From Bryobacterales bacterium (GTDB lineage: Bacteria > Acidobacteriota > Terriglobia > Bryobacterales > Bryobacteraceae): 64,000 nt of DNA. The translations under genes and the position numbers were made by a program. Below are positions 50,251 to 60,454 of this stretch, in pieces. The notes beneath the pieces were generated by a model. It had not been told where the DNA came from. It did no database searches and was given only the letters and a program-made list of their open reading frames with translations. Position 1 is the stretch's first letter. Every line of letters begins with the position of its first letter. The stretch lies in contig CAVVZG010000031.1 of the NCBI GenBank assembly GCA_963752205.1, positions 11,282 through 75,281 on the forward strand. The letters are read 5' to 3'.

Positions 50251-52711
50251 GTGAAAAGTATCGCTAGAGCTATAGTTTTTCTTTCGATGTGCGCAGGATT
50301 GCTCCTTGCGCAATCGGGCAATGGAGGCGTAAGCATCGGTGGCACGGTGTTCGATCAGGCCGGTAAGACCGTCCCCAATGCGGCGGTCACATTGAAGAAC
50401 GAATCGAGCGACGCCGTTCGCGAAGTGAAAACCGCCGAAGATGGCCATTTCTCGGTGAGTGGATTGCCCACCGGCAAATATACCGTGGAGGTAACCGCGC
50501 CCGGCTTCGCAGTGGCCCGCCGCACCGGTGTCGATTCAGCCGCCGGCAACGCGGAAGACCTCTCCATCGCGCTCGCCGTGGGCAGCGTGAATCAGTCCGT
50601 CACGGTCGAGGCCGTGGCATCGGTCGCCGCGCAGCTCGCCCCGCAAGGCAATACCTTGGACACCACCTCCGCCAAGACCGAGATCACCAAAGAGTACATT
50701 CAAAACTTCATTTCACCCATTGCGGATTTCGCCGAAGTCGTTCAAATGTCGCCGGGCGCGTTCAGCATCAATCCCAATGGTGTCGGCCTGGGACAAGGCA
50801 AAACCTTTTTCCGCGGATTCGCCGACCCGAAATATAGCATGACCTTTGACGGCATCCCGTTCGAGGACACCAACGATGGTTCGCACCACTCCTGGGCGTT
50901 TTTCCCCGGCCAGTGGTTGGGTGCGACCGACTTCGATCGCAGCCCCGGCACCGCCTCGACATTGGGCCCCGACAACTTCGGCGGATCGATCAACCTCCTG
51001 TCACGCGATTTGGAGAGTTCCCCGGACGTCCGCGCGACTGGCTCCTACGGTTCCTTTAACACCCGTCTGCTGGGATTGCAGTTGGATTCCGGCCAGTTTG
51101 GTTTTGGCGGCGATAAGAAATCCAGTCTGTTTATCGACGTTCACCAGCTGCTATCGGATGGCTATCAGACCTATAACTACCAGAAGAGCGTGGCTGGGTC
51201 TATGAAGTATCAGTACCGCGTTTCCGACAAAACCATCATCACGGTTTTCACCGGCGTCCTGGATGATTGGAACAATACGCCCCAACAATCCGCCGCTGCG
51301 CTCGCAGATTGCGCAGTTCGGCGACAACTACCTCATGAGCGGAGATCCCAGCAATCCCTTTTTCTACGGCTATAACTTTTATCACATCCAGACCGACTTC
51401 GAATACACGAGCCTGCACACCGACCTCGGCGGCGGCTGGAAATTCGACACCCGCGCCTATACTTACCGCTATTGGAACAAGCAAAACTACAACAACAGCG
51501 CCACGACGATCGTCGGGAATGTCGGCGTCGACAAACTCAATGGCTATCGCCATGCCGGAGACATCTCGACCCTGACCCAGGAATCCAAATGGGGAATCCT
51601 TCGCGTCGGCGCCTGGTACGAGTGGGCCTACACCGATCGCTATCAAAGCCCTTCGGCCCTGGGGACCTGGGCCGACCCCCTGTTGCCCAACTTCCACGAA
51701 CATTTCATCACGCAAACCTTCCATCCTTTCGTCGAGTATGAATGGCGCGTCACCCCCAAGCTGGTGATCACAGCCGGCGTCAAGGATGCCCACTACAACA
51801 TGGCCCTGGATCAGTTCCAGGACAACGGCGGCAAAGTTGGATGCCTGGGCGGAAAGCTGGTGGGTGGCAAGACCGGCAGCTGCGTTGGCGGCCCGGCCTT
51901 CGTTTACCATGACGCCGGCTACGGAACCTGGCTGCCGGCGGCCGCCGCGCGCTACCGGGTGCAGAGGAACTGGTCAGTCTACGCGCAGTTCGCCGAGGGC
52001 AGCCAGATTCCGCCGAGCGCCGTATTCGACGTGCCCAATGCGGCCGTTGAAACTCTTCCGAAACCGACCTTGTCGAAAACTTACCAAGCCGGTACGGTGC
52101 TGAAATTCAACCGCTGGACGCTGGATCTCGACGCCTACTACATCCATTTCCAAAACGGTTATTCGTCAGTGAACGATCCCGCCGATTTCAACGATGCCGT
52201 ATATGTCCCCACGGGCCCCTCCAACACCAAGGGCATCGAAGCCGAAAGCAACATTCTCATTGGCCATGGAGTCAGCCTGTACCTCAACGGAACCGTTGGC
52301 CAAGCCAAATACGCGCAGAGCGGTTTGTGGGTGGCCAATGCGCCCAAGAATACCGAAACCGTCGGCATCACCTGGCAGCAGAAAAACTGGGACATCGGCT
52401 TCTTCAACAAGCGCGTCGGCGATATGTACAACGACAATGGCTCGGTGAATCAGGCCGTTTCCATCAATCCCTTCAGCATCGCCAATCTCTCGGCGAACTA
52501 CACCATCAAGAACAATTCATTCCTCCGCGGAAGTAAACTCGGAGTAAGCGTGAGCAATCTGTTCGACAATCACAACATCGTGGGCATCACGCCCGGAACC
52601 GCGGCCACGGCAGCCGCGCCTTTTGTCGCCGGGCCGAACGATCAGCTCACTTTGCTGCCCGGCCGCAGCGTGATGTTTTCGCTTACCGTGGGCTACGCCC
52701 CCAAACGTTAA
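50251..52711 (+). CDS. TonB-dependent receptor (CarboxypepD_reg + plug + barrel). Frame break at the C run 51280-51283.
   Basis: ORF 50251..51375 (GTG start; GTVFDQAGKTVPNAAVTLKN...EDGHFSVSGLPTGKYTV; plug FRGF...TFDGIP) is sensible up to ...VLDDWNNTP. It continues as NNPPLRSQIAQFGDNYLMSGDP in the frame of ORF 51263..52711, which ends ...FSLTVGYAPKR. Confidence 0.8.
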
Positions 52712-53941
52712 ATGCGCCTTCTAAGCCTGGCTCTGCTGGCCGCCGTACTCGCGAGCGGCCAAGCTCTCTCTCCTGCTTGGGTAGCCGTGGGTGAAGGCGG
52801 CCAGGCAGTCGCACGCATTGTTGTCACAGACGGGCGCGATTGCCCCGCGATTCAAATCGACGGCGTGAAGCGGCCGATGTCTGTGCGCGAGCCCCTGCCG
52901 GAAGGCCTGCGTCCCGCGTGCGAGTTCACCATCCCGCGCGGCGCGAAATCGGCATCGGTCAACGGTCGGGCTCTCGCGTTGCCCCGGGCAAATCCTGCGC
53001 GAGTGATTGCGCTCGGCGACACCGGATGCCGCATCAAAGGCGATGAACTGCAAGCCTGTAACGATCCCCAGCAATGGCCCTTCGCGCAAGTAGCATCGCG
53101 GGCCGCCGAAGAGAAGCCGGACCTGGTGATCCACGTAGGCGATTATCTTTACCGCGAAATGCCCTGCCCCGCGGATAAACAAGCCATGTGCGGAGGCACT
53201 CCCTCAGGCGACACCTGGGACGCTTGGAACGCGGACTTTTTCACCCCCGCCGCGAAGCTCCTGGCCGCCGCTCCCTGGGCCTTTTCGCGCGGGAATCACG
53301 AGGACTGCGGCCGCTCCTGGCGCGGCTGGTTCTACTACCTCGACCCGCGCCCCTGGAACGGCGCCTGCCAGCGTTTCTCGCCGCCCTACATGATCCAGTT
53401 GGGAACCTTTGAACTCGTCATGCTGGATTCGGCCTCGGTCGCGTCGAACACTTTGAACCAAGAACAAGCCTCGATGTACGCCGCGCAGCTTGCCTCACTG
53501 CATCCGGTAAAGGCATGGCTAGCGGATCATCATCCCTTCTGGGGCATGCGCACAGACGCCGCGGAAGGCAAGCCCGCTCCCGTATCGCCAACGCTCGAAG
53601 AAGCCTGGGACCGCGCCTCGCCCAAAGGCATAGACTTGATTCTTTCCGGTCACATTCATCTATTCGAATTGCTCAGCTACGATCACGGCCGCCCCACCCA
53701 ACTGGTCGCCGGAGACGGCGGCACGAATCTCGCGATGGCGCTCGAAGGTTCTGTGAAAGGCGTGCCCGTGCACGGCGCCGCGGTGGTAGCCAGCGAAAGC
53801 CAGCGGCAATTCGGCTACTCGCTGCTGACGCGCCACGGAAAAACGTGGGATCTGACGCTCAAAAATCGCGTAAGTCACGTCCTGGCGGATTGCACCCTGC
53901 CCAGCGGCCACGCGACTTGCCAGACGCGCTCGGGGGATTAA
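52712..53941 (+). CDS. Calcineurin-like metallophosphoesterase, exported.
   Basis: Signal MRLLSLALLAAVLASGQA. VIALGDTGC, DLVIHVGDYLY, SRGNHED, LSGHIHLF. Confidence 0.8.
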   Translation: MRLLSLALLAAVLASGQALSPAWVAVGEGGQAVARIVVTDGRDCPAIQIDGVKRPMSVREPLPEGLRPACEFTIPRGAKSASVNGRALALPRANPARVIALGDTGCRIKGDELQACNDPQQWPFAQVASRAAEEKPDLVIHVGDYLYREMPCPADKQAMCGGTPSGDTWDAWNADFFTPAAKLLAAAPWAFSRGNHEDCGRSWRGWFYYLDPRPWNGACQRFSPPYMIQLGTFELVMLDSASVASNTLNQEQASMYAAQLASLHPVKAWLADHHPFWGMRTDAAEGKPAPVSPTLEEAWDRASPKGIDLILSGHIHLFELLSYDHGRPTQLVAGDGGTNLAMALEGSVKGVPVHGAAVVASESQRQFGYSLLTRHGKTWDLTLKNRVSHVLADCTLPSGHATCQTRSGD

Positions 53942-53942
53942 C

Positions 53943-54708
53943 CTAGACCCCGAGGCGGTCTTTCAAGGCGCGCACGCGATCGCGCGAAACGGCCAGTTCG
54001 GTCTTTTTCGCGTCCTTCAGCCGCGCGACCATTTTTCCGCCAAACCACGTGTGTAATTCGCGCAGGTGATCCAGATTGAGGATGGTCGACCGATGGACGC
54101 GCACGAAGCGCCTCGGGTCCAGCTTGTTTTCGAGCTCGGCGATGCTGGGATCGACCACGTAGCTGCGCTCGGCGGTGGCGGCGTAGGTGAGTTTGTCGCT
54201 GGCATAGAAGTGCGTTACGCGAGACAGTTCCACCAGCTCTAGTTTGTCGCCGCTGCGTGAGGCAATGCGTTCCAGCCAGCGGGTACGCGGGGTTTCTAAA
54301 GCGGCGCCGATTTGCGTGAGCAGCGCGCGCATGTCGGGCGCTGGCTGGTGGTCTCCACAAAGACGCTCGGCCTTCGACAGGGCACGCTCCAAGTGCGCCG
54401 GCTCGATGGGCTTCAGCAGGTAGTCGATGGAGTTCACCTCAAAGGCTTCGAGCGCGTGCTGATCGTAGGCGGTGGTGAAAACCACCAGCGGCTGTTTTTC
54501 GAGTTCCGCTAAAAGTTGGAAGCCCGTCAGCTCGGGCATGTGGATATCCAGGAACAAGAGCTCGGGCGGAGACTGGCGAATTTGTTGCACCGCTTCCAAC
54601 GGGTCAGCGAAAGCGCCGGCGATTTCTGCGCGCCCGCTGGCTTCGAGCATGCGGCGGAGGCGCTCTAGGGCGAGAGGCTCGTCGTCGACAATGAAGGTCT
54701 TTGATCAT
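53943..54708 (-). CDS. LytR/AlgR-family response regulator (receiver + LytTR DNA-binding domain). 1-nt frame break after codon 3, near 54699.
   Basis: ORF 53943..54650 starts inside the receiver domain. Its frame is open upstream as KTFIVDDEPLALERLRRMLEA, right up to the kinase TGA. ATG at 54706-54708 (ATGA overlap with the kinase stop) gives MIK, then is off by one nt. LytTR block: VTHFYASDKLTY...FVRVHRSTILNLDHL. Confidence 0.85.
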
Positions 54709-55766
54709 GCGACTGAGGATGGGAATAGCAGGCGCACCGTGGTCCAGCCATCGTGGCGGGTGACCCGCAAATCAGCAGCGTTGCCGAAAAGGATCGCCAG
54801 GCGGTTGCGAAGGTTGTCGAGGCCGTGGCCCGGCCCGGCGGAGGCGAGCGAAAAGCCCGGTCCCGTGTCGGAAACTTCAATTTGCAAGTGTCCGTCGGTC
54901 TGCTGAGCGTGGACGCGAATTTCGCCGCCGCGCCGCTCCGGCGCAATGGCGAACTTAATGCTGTTTTCGATCAGGGTCTGGACGGCGAGCGGCGGCAAGC
55001 GTAGACCGGCGATCTCGTCAGGCGCATCCACCTGATAGCGCAGCCGCGATCCCAGGCGAGCCTGTTCGATCTCCAGGTAATCGCGCACGATCTTTATTTC
55101 CTGATCGAGCGGCACCAGGCCGCGCGCGTGCGCGTCCAGCGAAAAGCGCAGCAGCGCGGCCATGCGTTCCATCAGGCGCTCGGCGCGTTCGGGGTCAACT
55201 GGAATGAGCGCCGAGATGGAGTTGAGCGTGTTGAACAGGAAGTGCGGATGGATGCGCGATTCGAGCGACGCCAACTGCGCTTCGGTGGCCAGATTCACGG
55301 CGCGCTGGCGCTCCATCTCCTGGCGATGGAGGCGTCCCTGCATGCGCGCGAATACGGTGGTGACCAATCCGAAAGCCAGCGTGATGAAGATGCAAATCGC
55401 TAAGTTTTCGCGTGCCGCGAACCAGTATCTGGACCAGCGGAACATGCCTAGAGCCGCGATGGCGGCGGTGCCCAGCAGGCAGCCCACGACAGCCAGGCCA
55501 ATCAGCGCGAGCGTGACTGCGGTCCATTCGTAGGCGGGTCCGCGGCGGCCGATGGCCGGATAGAGGCGCGGGATCACGAACCGTGCCGGTAAGCCGATGG
55601 AGTTGGCAAAGATGACGCCGATGACAACGCTCTGCAGCAGAACACGCTGGCTAAGGATGACGCCGGTCAACAATAGGAACGCGGCGGGAATCGCGCCGGC
55701 CACGCTGTTGACCAGCAATTGGATCGCGAAGTCTTTCAGGTGGTAGCGGCGCGCGGCGGTTGCCAT
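54705..55766 (-). CDS. LytS/YehU-type sensor histidine kinase (His_kinase + HATPase_c).
   Basis: ORF 54705..56489, trimmed to M242 (ATG 55766) behind GGAG. 4-5 TM segments, then HPHFLFNTLNSI, ENSIKFA, DTGPGF, GHGLDNLRNRL. The upstream part of the long ORF is a different gene read through out of frame. Confidence 0.85.
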   Translation of the reverse strand: MATAARRYHLKDFAIQLLVNSVAGAIPAAFLLLTGVILSQRVLLQSVVIGVIFANSIGLPARFVIPRLYPAIGRRGPAYEWTAVTLALIGLAVVGCLLGTAAIAALGMFRWSRYWFAARENLAICIFITLAFGLVTTVFARMQGRLHRQEMERQRAVNLATEAQLASLESRIHPHFLFNTLNSISALIPVDPERAERLMERMAALLRFSLDAHARGLVPLDQEIKIVRDYLEIEQARLGSRLRYQVDAPDEIAGLRLPPLAVQTLIENSIKFAIAPERRGGEIRVHAQQTDGHLQIEVSDTGPGFSLASAGPGHGLDNLRNRLAILFGNAADLRVTRHDGWTTVRLLFPSSVA

Positions 55767-55774
55767 GGCTTCTC

Positions 55775-56465
55775 CTATTTTGCGGCGTGGCAGCCCAGGC
55801 AGCCAGCTTCGCGCGGGGCCAGCGTTTTGGTTTGCAGCCACTTTTCGGCGCTCGCGGCGTAGGGCGTGCCCGGCAGCGTCGCGCGGATGCGTTCGAAGGT
55901 AGCGGTGGCCGGGCCGTCTTTGCCCAGGCGCGCGTAGCCGTCGGCCAGGCCGATCAGCAATTCGCCGCGCGGGTGCGTGCCTAAAGAATCGAAGCCGGTC
56001 CTGTTGGATTTCCAGCGCGCGTTCGTAATCGCTGACGGCTTTTTCGATCAAGGGACGCGCCATTTCAAGGCTGGGCAGGTTCCGCGAGGCGGTGAGCAGC
56101 GCGGCCCCGCGCGGGATGCGGACGCTCACTCGATCCGGCGCGATGGCGACGGCGGCATCCATTTCGCTGAGCGCGCGCTGCCAGAATTCACCGCCCTTAG
56201 CGCGGTCTCCGGCTTGGAAAAACTGGCCGCTCTTATAAAGCGTGCCGGCGCCGTGCCAGACCATGGCTTCGGCGTTCTGCGGATTGGCAGCCAGGGCATC
56301 TTCGCAGAACTTCATGGCCCTGTCGAATGCCGGCTGGTCGCCGGTGAATCCGGCGAAAAAGTCATTGCGGACCTTCATGTCGAAGCGATCTTGGCCGGAG
56401 GCTATACCGAAGAGGGTCAGGCCAAGGCCGATCGCGGTCACGGTAGCTTTGAGAATGCGATGCAT
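55775..56465 (-). CDS. Exported helical (TPR-like) protein ending in a CxxCH motif. Frame break near 55995-56005.
   Basis: Starts at M9 of ORF 54705..56489 (MHRILKATVTAIGLGLTLFGIASG). Sensible to ...SDYERALEIQQ. It continues as RTGFDSLGTHPRGELLIGLADGYARLGKDGPATATFERIRATLPGTPYAASAEKWLQTKTLAPREAGCLGCHAAK in the frame of ORF 55775..55960. Confidence 0.5.
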
Positions 56466-56557
56466 GTGGAAATCTCCTTCGTGTTCCACAGTAAGCGGCG
56501 CGGCGCCTTCCTGCCCCTGGTTTCCGATGAAAGGCGGAAAAAACGGATGAACGGTGG

Positions 56558-57412
56558 CTAATCGTCGCTGCCCAGAATCCCGCTGATCACGTCCAGCCCC
56601 TTGTGTTCGTCGCCGCCGCTGCGCGTCGGAGCCAACATTCGCCGCATCTTCTCGAGCGTCATCGACTGCACGATCACTTTCCCGGGCCCCGTGAGTGTCG
56701 CCAGGAAAAAGCCCTCACCACCAAACAAAGCGCGCTTGATGCCGCCGACCAGTTGAATGTCGTAGTCCACCGTTTCCTCGAACGCCACAATGCAGCCCGT
56801 CTCGATTTGCAACGCCTCGCCCGCCGCCAGCGTGAATTCCAGATGATCCCCGCCCGCGTGGATGAAAGCAGTGCCCGGCCCGGTGAGCTTTTCCAGAATA
56901 AATCCTTCGCCGCCGACCAATCCTGCGCCCAGCCGTTTCGTAAAAGCGATGTTGAGCGTGACGCTAGACTGCGCGCACAGGAAACTATCGCGCTGCACTA
57001 AAATCGATTGCCCCGCCGCCAGAGCCAGCGCCTGAATGCGTCCCGGATAATCGCCCGCGAAGCCCACTTCCCCAGGCGTCGCACAGCGAAAGTAAGTAAG
57101 GAACAAGGACTCGCCCATCAGCGTGCGCTTCAAAGCGCCTAGAAGCTTATCGCCGAGCGTCTCACCGCTCATGCGGGTTTCCCACTCCACCGCCGGCTGC
57201 TTGTAGACCATCTTGCCGGCCTCCGCGTATAGCTCCTGTCCCGGTTGCAGGCGGATGCGAGCCACCTGCAGGTTGTCGCCGAAAATATTGAAGTCCAGTG
57301 GCGCAACCGGCGGTGCCGCCGCCGCGGTCACGCCCCCAAACGGCGTTCCACAACTAATGCAGAAACGAGCCGTGTCGGGCGCCTGCGCCCCGCAAGAAGT
57401 ACAAAAAGCCAT
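56558..57412 (-). CDS. AIM24 (TIGR00266 / DUF124) family protein with an N-terminal double-CxxC zinc ribbon.
   Basis: ORF 56558..57538, trimmed to M43 (MAFCTSCGAQAPDTARFCISCGTPF). The body shows the AIM24 pattern (L.PGQ.LYAE.G.MVY......E..M.....G..L.R...GESLF...F....GEV.FA...PG.I..L.L......VQRDSFLC). Confidence 0.7.
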   Translation of the reverse strand: MAFCTSCGAQAPDTARFCISCGTPFGGVTAAAAPPVAPLDFNIFGDNLQVARIRLQPGQELYAEAGKMVYKQPAVEWETRMSGETLGDKLLGALKRTLMGESLFLTYFRCATPGEVGFAGDYPGRIQALALAAGQSILVQRDSFLCAQSSVTLNIAFTKRLGAGLVGGEGFILEKLTGPGTAFIHAGGDHLEFTLAAGEALQIETGCIVAFEETVDYDIQLVGGIKRALFGGEGFFLATLTGPGKVIVQSMTLEKMRRMLAPTRSGGDEHKGLDVISGILGSDD

Positions 57413-57459
57413 GCTCTTGATGTTAGAACACGCGGCGAGCGATGTGGAACAATAAGGAC

Positions 57460-57666
57460 ATGAAGCGTCCATTTGCAACCACTGTCTGGCGGGAAGGCGA
57501 CTGGTACGTCGCGCAGTGCCTGGAAGTGGACGTAGCAAGCCAAGGCGAGACGGAAGACGAAGCTCTCGCGAATCTCAAGGAAGCGCTGGAACTGCACTTT
57601 GAATCACCGCAACCGACGCGCGCCCCGAAGCTCCGTATGATCGAGGTTGAGGTTGGGGCGACTTAG
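57460..57666 (+). CDS. hicB: HicB-like antitoxin (UPF0150 fold).
   Basis: ORF 57442..57666. Likely start M7. FATTVWREGDWYVAQCLEVDVASQGETEDEALANLKEALELHFE is the classic HicB N-domain pattern. Confidence 0.65.
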   Translation: MKRPFATTVWREGDWYVAQCLEVDVASQGETEDEALANLKEALELHFESPQPTRAPKLRMIEVEVGAT

Positions 57667-57862
57667 CCCTCAGCCCTTCCGCGAGGTGAAGCGCAGACTC
57701 GAAGCCAGCCAGAAGGGCAGCCACGTAAAGTTCGTACGAAGAAACGGTGATATCGTAGACACCGCCATTGTTCCAAGGAAGTCCGAAATTCCGGTGGGCA
57801 CTTTGCACAGCATTCTGAATCAAGCCCACATAGATCCACGCGATTGGGACCGTCTGGGCTGA
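57647..57862 (+). CDS. hicA: HicA-like toxin (YcfA family), atypical.
   Basis: ...VKRRLEASQKGSHVKFVRR...IVPRKSEIPVGTLHSILNQAHIDPRDW matches the HicA GSH....vP.H..l..GTL..IL.QAgi pattern. It lacks the GF/GW segment and has R/K where the catalytic His normally sits. Overlaps hicB by 20 nt. Confidence 0.55.
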   Translation: MRLGRLSPQPFREVKRRLEASQKGSHVKFVRRNGDIVDTAIVPRKSEIPVGTLHSILNQAHIDPRDWDRLG

Positions 57863-58492
57863 CTAAACGCCCACGCGTGCCGGCTGCGGTTTGCTCTTCG
57901 TACCCTTTTGCAGCCACATGCGCGCCCGGAAGAGCATCAACACCAACAGGATGCCGAAATACATCAGCGGCTCGCGCACGTTGGACTTCACCAGCCAGTA
58001 ATAGTGGATCACGCCCGCGAGCGTGCAGAAATAAACCAGCCGGTGCAGCAACTGCCAGCGCTTAGGACCCAGCCTCCGCACCATCGCCGCCGTGGATGTA
58101 ACCGCCAACGGCACCAGCATCAAGAAACCGGCCGTGCCCACCGTGATGTAAGGCCGCTTCACCACGTCCGCGTAGATTCCGGACGGACTAAACATCTGGT
58201 CAAAGATCAAATATGTCAGCAGATGCAGGCACACGTAGAAAAACGCGAACAAGCCTAGCATGCGGCGGAAGCGCGTCAACAAAGGTTGCTCGAAAATCTT
58301 ACGCAGCGGAGTCACAGCCAGCGTGATCAACAGGAAGCGCAGCGCCCAGTCCCCGGTTTTATGCTCGATGAACTCGATGGGGTTGGCGCTCAGGTCGCCC
58401 GTGAATCCGCGCCATACCAGCAGCAGCAAAGGGATCAGGCAGAGGGCGAAAAGCGCTCGCTTAGTCCAGGGGCTAAATAGGATTTTCTTCAT
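57863..58492 (-). CDS. msrQ: Protein-methionine-sulfoxide reductase heme-binding subunit MsrQ (YedZ).
   Basis: 209-aa ORF with six hydrophobic segments, conserved His (HLLTYL, HRLVY, IHYYW). Immediately downstream of msrP. Confidence 0.85.
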   Translation of the reverse strand: MKKILFSPWTKRALFALCLIPLLLLVWRGFTGDLSANPIEFIEHKTGDWALRFLLITLAVTPLRKIFEQPLLTRFRRMLGLFAFFYVCLHLLTYLIFDQMFSPSGIYADVVKRPYITVGTAGFLMLVPLAVTSTAAMVRRLGPKRWQLLHRLVYFCTLAGVIHYYWLVKSNVREPLMYFGILLVLMLFRARMWLQKGTKSKPQPARVGV

Positions 58493-58513
58493 CCGCGGTT
58501 GCCCCTCGGCTCT

Positions 58514-59446
58514 TTAGTAGTTCTTGCGCAGGTCCATCCCGCTGTATAGGCCCGCCACTTCAGGATAGCCGTTGAACATCAGCGTCTTCTTCTTGAACAG
58601 TTCACCCAGGCGGCGCTCGGAAGCCTGGCTCCAGCGCGGATGATCCACCGTCGGGTTCACGTTCGAGTAGAAACCATACTCGCCCCGGTTGGCGATATTC
58701 CAAGTGGTGGGCGGCTGCTTGTCGGTGAGCGTAATCTTCACGATCGACTTGATGCTCTTGAACCCGTACTTCCACGGCACCACCAGCCGGATCGGCGCGC
58801 CGTTCTGGTTGGGCAGCGTTTCCCCGTAAAGTCCCACGGCCAGCAGCGCCAGCGGATGCATGGCTTCGTCCAGCCGCAAACCCTCGACATAAGGCAGATC
58901 GATACCCGCGCGATCCCCCAGTGGCATCTGTTTCTTGTCGTAAAGCGTCTGGAACGCCACGTATTTGGCCTTACTATTCGGCTCGACGTCCTTGAGCAGC
59001 GCGGCCAGCGGGAAGCCGATCCAAGGAACCACGATGGACCAAGCCTCCACGCAGCGATGGCGGTAAATGCGCTCCTCAATCGGCGCGATCTTCATCACCG
59101 AATCCAGATCGTAGGTCTTGGGCTTGTCCACCAGCCCGCCCACTTGCACTTGCCAGGGAGACGGCCGCAGAGTATTGGCATAGCGCGCCGGCTCGTCCTT
59201 GCCTGTGCCGAATTCGTAGTAGTTGTTGTAAGTGGTGATGTCTTCTTTAGGCGTGATCTTCTCATCCACCTTGTAGTTGCTCTTCACCACATTATTAAGC
59301 TTCATGGTGGCCTCGGCCGCGCTGGGCAGCGCCCAGGCGCCCACGATGGCCGAGGTGCCCGCTGCCAGGAACCGGCGGCGGTTCACATACAAACTCTTCG
59401 GCGTTACCTCAGAGTAACGAAGATCTGCAGGTTTACGAATCAACAT
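58514..59446 (-). CDS. msrP: Protein-methionine-sulfoxide reductase catalytic subunit MsrP (YedY), molybdopterin enzyme, Tat-exported.
   Basis: ORF 58514..59461. ATG 59446 (M6) preceded by [19 protein letters not shown] Tat signal. [48 protein letters not shown]. Confidence 0.9.
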   Translation of the reverse strand: MLIRKPADLRYSEVTPKSLYVNRRRFLAAGTSAIVGAWALPSAAEATMKLNNVVKSNYKVDEKITPKEDITTYNNYYEFGTGKDEPARYANTLRPSPWQVQVGGLVDKPKTYDLDSVMKIAPIEERIYRHRCVEAWSIVVPWIGFPLAALLKDVEPNSKAKYVAFQTLYDKKQMPLGDRAGIDLPYVEGLRLDEAMHPLALLAVGLYGETLPNQNGAPIRLVVPWKYGFKSIKSIVKITLTDKQPPTTWNIANRGEYGFYSNVNPTVDHPRWSQASERRLGELFKKKTLMFNGYPEVAGLYSGMDLRKNY

Positions 59447-59547
59447 AAGGCCTCTACCCAAATCTTACTCCAATGTATGGGAGGCCGGAGCCGATCTCGC
59501 TCCAACCCCCTGTCTGCTATACGTATGCCGCGTGTTCCTGGATTGAA

Positions 59548-60405
59548 CTAGCGCCGTTCCCGCCCGCCTTCGCGCCGCTCATGCATTTCGCGCCGGTCGA
59601 AACCGCCCCGCTGGTAGCGCGGCAAGCTGTAAGGATGCGCATAACCCGGCCGCACTCCTACCCACGGACGATTATTGATGAAAAAGGCATGTTCACCCCA
59701 GCCGAAACGGATGCCGCCGCCGAACCATCCCCAGGGCGCGAAAGCCGCTCCCAGCGTGATTCCAGGCCCGAAGCGAATGCCCAGTCCGACGCTGAAACCC
59801 GGTCGAGGCGCGAAGAACACGATCGCCGGGTCGTAATAAGGAACGTAATAGAAGCCCGGATCCACTGGAACGATGTCGATATACGGTCCGTTATTCACCC
59901 TGATCTGCGGCGTGCTGCGCAGATAGCCATAATCCCAGGCGCGACGGCGCATGCGCTGTACCGCGTCCATCACCCCGGCGCGGTTGGCCAGGAAGGCGTC
60001 GCCCAACGCGCGCGTCCAGCCGATGTCGCGCGCCATCATATCGAGCACATCCGGGAAGGGCAGCAGCGCCTGCACGCTGGGATCGAACCACAAGTGGTCA
60101 TCCTGAATCGCGCGCGCCAATTCCGGACCGTGCAAATACCCATGCCGGTGCGCCCAGGCTTCAGCGTCGAAGATCTGATCGGAGAAGCCAGCGGCCGCCA
60201 GAATGTTTCCCAACAGCGGGTCCGGATAGAGCGCGATGCGATCCACTAGCCGCTCCAAATCCTGCGGAGACTGCGGGGGAGGATAGTTCTGTGGATACCC
60301 CTGCGGCGGGGCCCCTTGCGGGGGCGGGTACGGCTGGGGCGGCTGCGCCAGCCCCGAGAAGGCGAATACACCCAGAAATACTGCGGCGAAAGCTAGACGT
60401 TTCAT
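59548..60405 (-). CDS. DUF3300 family exported protein with Pro/Gln-rich and Gly-rich low-complexity ends.
   Basis: Signal MKRLAFAAVFLGVFAFSGLA. LERLVDRIALYPDPLLGNILAAAGF...W is the DUF3300 signature (L..L.APIALYPD.LL.QIL). The antisense ORF 59473..60249 is judged spurious. Confidence 0.7.
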   Translation of the reverse strand: MKRLAFAAVFLGVFAFSGLAQPPQPYPPPQGAPPQGYPQNYPPPQSPQDLERLVDRIALYPDPLLGNILAAAGFSDQIFDAEAWAHRHGYLHGPELARAIQDDHLWFDPSVQALLPFPDVLDMMARDIGWTRALGDAFLANRAGVMDAVQRMRRRAWDYGYLRSTPQIRVNNGPYIDIVPVDPGFYYVPYYDPAIVFFAPRPGFSVGLGIRFGPGITLGAAFAPWGWFGGGIRFGWGEHAFFINNRPWVGVRPGYAHPYSLPRYQRGGFDRREMHERREGGRERR

Positions 60406-60454
60406 ACGACAATTCTCCTGTCTTTTTTGACGCCCCGGCCAGGCCCAAGATTAC

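Noticed and set aside
54705-56489. A single 594-aa fusion protein (periplasmic TPR-like domain + LytS kinase), as listed in the ORF track.
   Set aside because: Residues about 170-241 (RHAPARRIADRPGRRLRAPGQRRPGHRYLRTHPRD...) are Arg/Pro junk typical of an out-of-frame read. A sensible continuation exists in another frame and ends at a stop at 55775. The kinase has its own GGAG + ATG at 55766.
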